Positions 54,435 to 64,000 of a DNA stretch of 64,000 bases are shown here, in pieces. This DNA is from the human T2T-CHM13v2.0 reference genome, Homo sapiens. The notes under the pieces are model-generated. The model worked only from the letters and a program-made list of their open reading frames with translations. It did no database searches and was not told the DNA's origin. Position 1 is the stretch's first letter. Every line of letters starts with the position of its first letter. Where the stretch lies: NCBI RefSeq assembly GCF_009914755.1, contig NC_060935.1; one strand, given 5' to 3'. The position numbers were made by a program, and so were the translations under genes.

Positions 54435-55989
54435 TTAGGCATGTGTTCTCACATCTTTCAAACTTAGGCTAAGGTTTTGTATCTGCTTTTGGTGAGTGAG
54501 AAAGGGCATTGGGGACATGGGTCCCAGTTGTAATTTTAGATTTGCTACAATGCCTTAATTCTTTTATTGTTCATTCAATAAATCGAAGCTACTTATTGTC
54601 CAGCTTCCCTATGCCTAGGACATATTTGTCTGTAACCTTAGCTGTGCCTCAGTTTTCCTGGGGATAACCTAGAGATAGAATGAATACCCACCCCCGCTCC
54701 CCCCCCACCGCCCCACATGATAGAACAAATGAGGACTTCTCTGAAATCGCATGAGTTTCTCAAGGGAAAGGCACTACTGGGCCAAAGGCATTATTAGCCA
54801 AGACCATGCTGTGCTTGAACATTTAAGGAACACAAGTTTAGGCTTGTTTCCCTGTGACTCGGTGACTTTCTCCACTTGTCCCAGAAAAAAAAGAATGTTC
54901 CTTTTCATGGGACGTCACACATTTAGCTTTGCAGTTTATGAGATTTCGCGTGAATTGTTTTTCCCTTTAAGCTGATTTAACAATCCCACAGAAAACCTTC
55001 CTGGCTTGTTTGGGGAGGTGGTTTGAGTGTGTATGAGGCAAAGGGACAGGAAGAATAAGGAGGCAATCAGAGCAGGGAAGACCTAGAACTGAAAGATGCT
55101 GAAGTCAGAATTAGGGAAACAAACAGGTGCCCTACATAAAAGGAAAATCGGAAATGCAGCGGTGCAAATGAGCTCTCTGCACAATCACTCTCATCCTCTG
55201 AAAAGAATCACACCTTTACTGGCTCCTTTCTTTAGCGATTTCCAGAAGGAAATTCTCTCTTTATAACATGTTCTGGTGTATCACCTTGACATCAACCAGC
55301 CAATTAGTTCACAGGCCTACCCAGCACAGAGTCCAGGGATCAGGGTCGGCTGGAAGGAAGGATGTGACGTGGGAGATCAGGTGCTCTGGTTCTGTAGAAA
55401 TAATTATGCCCCTTCGGTGCACAAGGCTCTGTCCTAAGGTGTTTTCTTAGATTGTCTCATTTAACTTTTATGGGCTTAAGTATTATTTTATAGATGAGGA
55501 AACTGAAGCCTGAAGCCAAAGTTAGAAATATGCAAATGGAGACCAGAATATTTAGCCTCCAACTAACGGCTTTGAGACCCTAGAAAACAGTAAAAGCTGT
55601 TAAAGCTTTCTCCGTCTTTGTGTCCCTTGTGAAACAAATAAGATAGGAAATATTTTCCTTACTATTGAGGTCTCCCACTATTAGTAACAAAAAATACTAA
55701 AATAAATGTTCTCTACAGTACCTTCATGCCTATACCTGTGATGTTAATACATACCAGGAAACGAAGGCAAAAAGAAATAAAGAATAAATAGCCAACTGGC
55801 ATGGCCTGTTTTTGGCCTGGGGGCTGTTTCGGAGCCCAAAGTAAGAACGTTTTCTCCATCTGATGAAAGCTGGCTACATGCTGACATAGACACTGATGTC
55901 TAGACATTTTTCTTTCAGGATCTTTGTTAAAACTATAGGTTTAAAGAAAACTCCTTTAAGGCAAGAACCATGTCTGGTTTAAAGAGCTA

Positions 55990-56308
<319 letters not shown>

Positions 56309-56806
56309 AGCTATGTTACACAGAAAGGGGGTACTTCATTCCCTGAGCCTTCCTGGAGGAGAGACACTCCACCTGGCCCCTCTGTAACCCCCGTATGGAA
56401 GACTGGCTTTCCATGAGCTGGGTTTCAGGTGTCTATCATGGTGACTATCAGATGAAGCAAGGGAAGCTAGGTCCATGTCCATTTATACAGCAGTTGGCCA
56501 GAGAGCCTACAGGATTTCAGGTCAATTTCCAAAAACGATACTTGAATCCTGATGGGAAATCTAGACATGCCTGAAGAAAAGTATGAAACCATTTCTAGCA
56601 CCAGGCATACACCGTCAATACCCTGAAGAGAGAAGTGCTCTCTGATAGGAATTCACATCTACTCAGGGCCTGCAGACCCCAAGGGCTCCCGGGCACATCG
56701 CCCTCTGGAGGTGTGCAGTATTAATGCAGAACATACAGTCCTGCCCTCAAGGCGCTCAGGAGAATGGTGAGGCATGGGGCTCACTCACCCTCTCTTCCTT
56801 TTCCAG

Positions 56807-57015
56807 ACATTACAGGTCATCTACCCCTATACCCCACAAAATGACGATGAGCTGGAGCTGGTCCCCGGGGACTTCATCTTCATGTCTCCAATGGAGCAGA
56901 CCAGCACCAGCGAGGGTTGGATCTATGGCACGTCCTTAACCACCGGCTGCTCTGGACTCCTGCCTGAGAATTACATTACCAAGGCTGATGAATGCAGCAC
57001 CTGGATATTTCATGG
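56807..57015 (+). CDS. UBASH3B: UBASH3B exon 6 (209 nt), SH3 domain: TLQVIYPYTPQNDDELELVPGDFIFMSPMEQTSTSEGWIYGTSLTTGCSGLLPENYITKADECSTWIFH(G)
   Basis: ttttccag|ACA ... CATGG|gtaagc; SH3 signatures YPY..DEL, GW, GLLPENY. Confidence 0.98.
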
Positions 57016-58259
57016 GTAAGCAGACACAAAGACCTTTATGCCATTTGAAGAATGTTGCTAAGGCAGACTGGATCCTGGATACACAGGGCAGCAGTAAATG
57101 GAGTCCATGGGAAGAAGGCCCTGTGGATTCCAGAATTCCAGGAAAGGAGCTGATTTGAGGCATGGGGAAAATGCGAAATGGATTGCTCTGCTTCCCTCTG
57201 CCTGCCCCATTTGCCATGGTTGTCTGCTTCAGTTCCTGATCAGAGACTAAACTGAGGTGGCTTGGGGTCCATCTCTTCTGGCCGAAGAGTGGCATCATCC
57301 CAGTGCTGCGTCTTCACTGCTTTAGGGCTTCTGTCCACCTTATCCTGGGTCATGAGTCAGGGTGGTCTGATTTCCCGAAGCAGCTGGGCGGATTACTACC
57401 CTGCCATCCAGACCAATAGAGAAGGGGGTTTCAAGAGGCAGGAGCCCTAACTGTATCCTTGATTTGCTAAGTGACCCTGAGCAAGTCCCCAGACACAGCC
57501 TATGCATGCCTAGACAACAAAGACCATGTCTAAGGGAACAGGCAACTGCCAGACTGAAAAGGGGTCCATTTCCCCCCTCCCCTCTGCCAGTCTTCTTTAG
57601 GGTAATAACTTTCCACCCGTCCCTCATTACTATTTTGCCCCCATTCCATACTGGTACCACATTCAGTGGCCAACTTTGTCCCAATAGATAAAATAGAAAC
57701 AAAAGCCATCTTCTCTTTCTTAGTTGGAGCAGCTCAAAGCCAGCGCTTCCCTGGCACACTGGGGCATCTAGCCAGGGTCTGCATGCTGGTTTGTTTTTCT
57801 CCCACTTGTTTTTGTCATGTGGCAACATGGCTGAGAGGCAGAAGCCCTGAGCGCCAGCTGCTTGGTGGCTAATATTGTTATTATTGCCATAAAGGAGAAG
57901 CAGAGAGAGATGATTTCATCAAGTCTTTTGCCTGGAAGGAGAAAATAAAGGTCCCCTACCCTAGTGAGCCACAAACAGACAAACCACAAATCCAAAGATG
58001 GGAAAGAATATTTTCTTCCTCAATAACCCCACCCAGCAATCCCTCCCCCTCTCCCTCACTCTGCTCCCACCTCAGCCCAGCCCATGAGCCTCCAGAATTG
58101 GATGGCACAAAATTAGAGGTCAGAGCTGTCTTATGTTCCCCAAACATTTTGCTTTTTCAGAAATGCTTTGGAAGATCAAAATATATAAGCTGGGTTTCCA
58201 AAGTCTCCATTTTAATCCCTACAACAACAAGTAAAGCAAAATATGCGTGAATAAACTGA

Positions 58260-58734
<475 letters not shown>

Positions 58735-58929
58735 CTAAATTACAACTCAGGCCGATGTATAGGTGAACCTGAGTGACTTCGGTCAGTGCGTCCCAGGGAG
58801 GTCTTTGTGTCATCTTTTATTCGAGAGATTACTAATGATGTCATGTCTCTGAGAACAATGTCTGAAATTAAACTAACAGCTTCCACAGCCAACCCTGCTC
58901 AAAGTAGGTAAATAAGTTAGGCATTAGTT

Positions 58930-59160
58930 TATTGTGATTAAGAATTTGAGACTGGATTCCAATAGTCTTGGATTTAAACGATAACTCTCCCACTTACCAG
59001 CTGTGTGGCCTTGGCAAAGTTGCATTACCTCTCTGAGCCTCTGTTTGCTCATCTAGAAAATGGAACTAATAATTGCACTTACCTCATAAGGTTGTTGGGA
59101 AGACTGCAATACAGAGCTTAGCTTTACATGGTTCAGAGTCTGGTGTATAGCGGTGACTAT
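58930..59160 (+). mobile_element. MIR
   Basis: ccacttaccagctgtgtggccttggcaaagttgcattacctctctgagcctctgtttgctcatctagaaaatgg. Confidence 0.8.
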
Positions 59161-60003
59161 AAAATCGCCATTTGCATAATGATGATTATTCTCTTTTTTC
59201 TATCTTGTGTTTGCCAGTCCTCACTTAGTGCTCATCAAAGGAAATGTGTCTTCCATAAAAGCAATCCTGTAGATGAACTGCACTTTCCTATTTAACCCCA
59301 GAGGTCAAATGACTCAAGGAGGCAGAGCCCAGCTTCCTTGTAAGACAGACACAGACCTTCTCTCTCTCCTAACCCAAGAGAGACATCAGGAGGTAGAGCC
59401 CCAGGGGGATGTCAAGCATGGCCTGGCTGGCATGGTGGGAGTTGCCCAGGGGATCCAGGCAACAAGTCATGACTGGGGGTCAATGATTTTGACAACACTC
59501 CCTGCCAAGTGCTTCTCAGTTCTCTGAGTCCCTCCTAAGGAAATATGTTCTCTCCACACTAACTGGAGTGTCTTACTTGGTTCTGAGTTATGAACCAAGA
59601 CAAGTTGATGAAGCTGGGTGAGCTGCCTGGCCGCTTGGGCTTAGCACAGGCCTGGTGTGTTGCAGGGAGAAGCCAGCTCTCCCGATGCTTGAGATGTTCT
59701 GGATGTCAGGCCCGGCTTCCTCCCTCCACTGTTCTGAGCAAGAAGCATCTGACTGTTTTCTTACTGGAACTGGCAGCTCCACGCTGTCTCAGAGTGAGTC
59801 AGGTCCTTTGATTATAATGACAGTTAAGAAGGGAAAGAGGCTGGCATTCGTCTTGCCATGGGAGACGAAGGAGGGAGAGAAGGGATCCTATCAGTATCTT
59901 CACAGCTGCGATAAAGAAACAAACAGATATGTACAAGAACGATTCTAGGTAGCCAGACATTTTGCACCCTGAAGCTTTGATGAGTCAGACAATAAAACTG
60001 GAT

Positions 60004-60325
<322 letters not shown>

Positions 60326-60504
60326 AAACTGGATTTTCTTGAACTGTGTGATGTTTGGGAGGGTCTTAGTTTAAAATAAAGTAGAATAGCTGGTCTATTA
60401 TACTGTGTGAACGGCACAAGATTTCCTTGGGCTACAGTTACTTAAATTTTACTGTAACAGGTTTCACTTGGCAACATACGCAGATGGACTGATGCTGCTT
60501 TGTT

Positions 60505-60635
60505 GAACTGTAGGTTCCTGGGTCCCACCCCTGACCTACTGAGTCACAATGTGTGAGGAGCAGAACCCCAGCACGAGTGTATTTTTTTTAAGTCTCCTGG
60601 TGATTCTGATATGCACAAGGGTTCAAAATCAGTTT
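60505..60635. mobile_element. MER5-like hAT fragment
   Basis: ttcctgggtcccacccctgacctactgagtca..ctcctggtgattctgatatgcac. Confidence 0.7.
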
Positions 60636-60805
60636 TTCAGGGCATGAGACTTCTGAGACTTCGTTTATAAGTAGATAGAATGAGTCTATCACTTCTAGTG
60701 AAAAAGGAGCCACTTCTGAAAGTGAAGGAACAAAAATTTACTAACAACCAGTTTGCTGTATTATATTGGTGAATATAAAAAGGTATTTTCAAAAATAAAA
60801 TTATG

Positions 60806-61105
60806 GGCCAGGTGCAGTGGCTCACTCCTGTAATCCCAGCATGACTTTGGGAGGCCAAGCAGGCAGATCACCTGAGGTCAGGAGTTTGAGACCAGCCTGG
60901 CCAACATGGTGAAACCCCATCTCTACTAAAAATACAAAAATTAGCCGGGCGTGGTGACGCACGCCTGTAATCCCAGCTACTCCAGAGGCTGAGGCAGGAA
61001 AATCGCTTGAACCTGCAGGGTGGAGGTTGCAGTGAGCCCAGATCATGTCATTGCCCTTCAGCCTGGGCGACAAGAGCAATACTCCGTCTCTAAAATAAAA
61101 TAAAA
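60806..61105 (+). mobile_element. Alu (Sq/Sx-like)
   Basis: Alu consensus; TSD aaaataaaatt(a/c)tg. Confidence 0.95.
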
Positions 61106-61829
61106 TTCTGATAATACAATGTTAAAAGTGAATAATCCAGAACAGGTGGTAGCCTAAACGGGTTGCCTCATCAACAGATGCAAGCCAGGAGTATATGGAG
61201 CAAACTGGGATGGATGGCTACCCAAATTGTAAAGAAGCAAGAAATCTATAAAATTTAAATGTTTCCCCTGGACTCTGCTCAGTGATTCCAAAGATGTTCA
61301 CTGGATTTGCCTAACAACCATATTTACATTGCAATGTTTATTAGATAAAGCTTTGTGGAAGTCTTAACTATTGACAATAATTTAAGCTTGGCAGGTTTTG
61401 ACTGTCTTCCTTTCAGCAAGACCTCTTTTAGGCTTCTGTAGCTATAGTGTTACACTCAGAAATGACAGTTCTTGGCTCACAGCTCTAAACGTCTGGTGAG
61501 AATGGTCTTCTCTGAAATAATTCTATTTGTAATCATCTTGTTGGAGGCGTGATTGAGGGGGAGATAGGGTTTGGAGACCGAAGAGGGTAGAATAGGGGAC
61601 TTTGGCACAAAGTTTCCTTGACTGTTAGGAGCCACTGGCTGAGGTGGAGATGGTGAAAATACCCCCCATCACTCTTCACTTCAGATGGAAATTACCACGG
61701 GAAATATTAAAGGCAACAGGGATCGTAGATTTCTTTTGAACCAGAAAAATAGCTGCAAACAGATCATTGATACGTTGTTATTCTTGAACTTGTCTTTGGT
61801 GCCAACCATGCATGGCACAAAATCACTAG

Positions 61830-62203
<374 letters not shown>

Positions 62204-62408
62204 TACCTCTAATTTATTAACTGCAAGACTTCAGTATAAAACAAGGTATTTTTCCCTTAGGAATGAGGCCACTCCTGCTCAGCATCCCCCATCATTGTGC
62301 TACCCACAGAGGGCTTTGAGTTAACTCCCACACTCCTGTTGAGCCCAGGAGGAAGTGCTGATGACTGCTGGCCAGAGCAGTTAACACCTTCCTTATCTTC
62401 CTCTGCAG

Positions 62409-62541
62409 TTCTTATTCAATCTTAAATACATCGTCATCCAACTCTCTCACGTTTGGGGATGGAGTATTGGAGAGGCGGCCTTATGAGGACCAGGGGCTCG
62501 GGGAGACGACTCCTCTTACTATCATCTGCCAGCCCATGCAG
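62409..62541 (+). CDS. UBASH3B: UBASH3B exon 7 (133 nt), linker: (G)SYSILNTSSSNSLTFGDGVLERRPYEDQGLGETTPLTIICQPMQ
   Basis: ctctgcag|T ... ATGCAG|gtaagg; phases match exons 6 and 8. Confidence 0.96.
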
Positions 62542-63507
62542 GTAAGGCTGATTGCTAGGGTCACACCCCCAACTCTAACCAGGATTCACTGAGAACCTAT
62601 TTATTAAGCATGAGGCCTTGCCCTTGCTGTCTCCAAAGCTTCCACGATCTCTTGGGAAGAAAGTACACCAAATTATAAAAGATATACAAAAATTCAAGGC
62701 TAGGAAGAGTCAGATGAGCAGTACTGACAGTTACTTCCAGCATTTGAACCTAGGTTCATAAGGAACGTTGTTCCACAGAGATAGGAGGAGAGTTTATCTC
62801 TAAAGTAGGAATAATGCCCATAGTTGTATCTGTTTTGTAGGTTGTTACAAAGATTAAAGAAAATAATAAAATTAGGCTCTTAGCACCATAACTGGCATAT
62901 AATGAGTGCTCAGTATGTGTTAACTTTTTCAAGGAAGGTTGGAGATGGAAGGAGGCAGGGAGTCGTTGTTGAACAGTACAAATAGAGGCAAGCTGAAAGT
63001 TCAAGCATGTTGAGGATCAAGAGAGTAACCATTGTGGCTGGAGCCCAGGATTTAAATTAAGGAACAACAGGAAAAGAGATGGGAAGGATCATGCCACCGT
63101 TCCACATATTAACCACGTCAGGGCAACTAGAAGCAAATGTGAAGTGCTGGCCCGCGCTAAGGAAACTGGAAAAGCTGACTGCATCAGAAAGACGGAATGC
63201 AGAAACAGCTGTAAGGTTCCATCCAGCAGTTATAGAAGCCAAAGTCATTTGGACAAGCCTTTGACTAGATTTGCCTATGTCATCACCCAGAGGTAGCAGT
63301 TGTCTCATTTTGGGGATCATATATATAGTCAGACAGCAGAGGCTACATAGTGATTAGAATAGGAAAACAGGGTCTCATTACTGGAGCAGACCATGAGGAC
63401 CATGTGGTCTGTCCACACACTTTAGAGAAGAGGTAGACACATTTGTGATCACAGAAGTCCTCACTCCCTGAAGAAGTTGATGAATTGCCCCTTTTTGGGG
63501 GGAAGGT

Positions 63508-63526
63508 GCCCCACTAGATGGCTCTC
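63508..63526 (+). promoter_or_regulatory. Candidate CTCF site CCACTAGATGGC
   Basis: Matches the CCASYAGRKGGC core. Confidence 0.4.
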
Positions 63527-63862
63527 TCTACATGAATGGCTAGTTTTACCTCTGAGCTGTAACTTAAAGTGGACGTCATATTTTAGTGGCCACTTTAATG
63601 GCCAAATGCTACTCCTACAAAGAGCAGCCGTAGCAACAATAATGCCCTTTTCATAACCCTTCCTATTTTATAAAGCACATGCAGTTTATCTTATTCCAGC
63701 CTCCAAATAACTTATGAGGTCTGTAGGACGAGTCTTACTGTCCTCACCAAGTCATACCTTGGCAGAACTTTGGTAGTAGAGCTCAGCTCACCTGGCACCT
63801 GGCTCCAAGACATGTCCACTTTGCCATGTGTGTCTTCACTAATAGCCTTTCTTTCTCTGCAG

Positions 63863-63983
63863 CCGCTGAGGGTCAACAGCCAGCCCGGCCCCCAGAAGCG
63901 ATGCCTTTTTGTGTGTCGGCATGGTGAGAGGATGGATGTTGTGTTTGGGAAGTACTGGCTGTCCCAGTGCTTCGATGCCAAAG
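63863..63983 (+). CDS. UBASH3B: UBASH3B exon 8 (121 nt), start of histidine phosphatase (PGM-like) domain: PLRVNSQPGPQKRCLFVCRHGERMDVVFGKYWLSQCFDAK(G)
   Basis: ctctgcag|CCG ... AAAG|gtgagt; catalytic RHGE motif; the gene continues beyond the window. Confidence 0.97.
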
Positions 63984-64000
63984 GTGAGTTGGTGGTGGGC

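Overview
Human (primate) genomic DNA from within UBASH3B (STS-1/TULA-2) on the + strand. Bases 1-43924 are the distal part of the large first intron, and seven coding exons (exons 2-8, numbered from recall of the 649-aa protein) lie at 43925-63983. They encode the end of the UBA domain, the 2H-phosphoesterase domain (HITL/HVTL), the SH3 domain and the start of the histidine-phosphatase domain (RHGE). All seven have GT-AG boundaries and splice in frame. The rest is intronic, with about 35 Alu copies or fragments, L2, MIR, L1, MaLR LTRs, hAT and Mariner MITEs, and microsatellites. Almost all six-frame ORFs are artefacts. No new gene system can be established from the sequence alone. The best leads are: (1) a 162-bp, 97.5%-identical non-Alu inverted duplication with a template-switch scar; (2) a candidate 35-nt poison exon directly before a ~700-nt UG-rich tract (TDP-43-type layout); (3) a 97-codon in-frame read-through of intron 5 ending in overlapping AATAAA signals, which could give a UBA+phosphoesterase-only isoform; (4) tandem splice sites, very closely spaced inverted Alu pairs and strong CTCF/NF-E2 motifs. 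Repeat family names come from recalled consensus sequences, and repeat boundaries are approximate.
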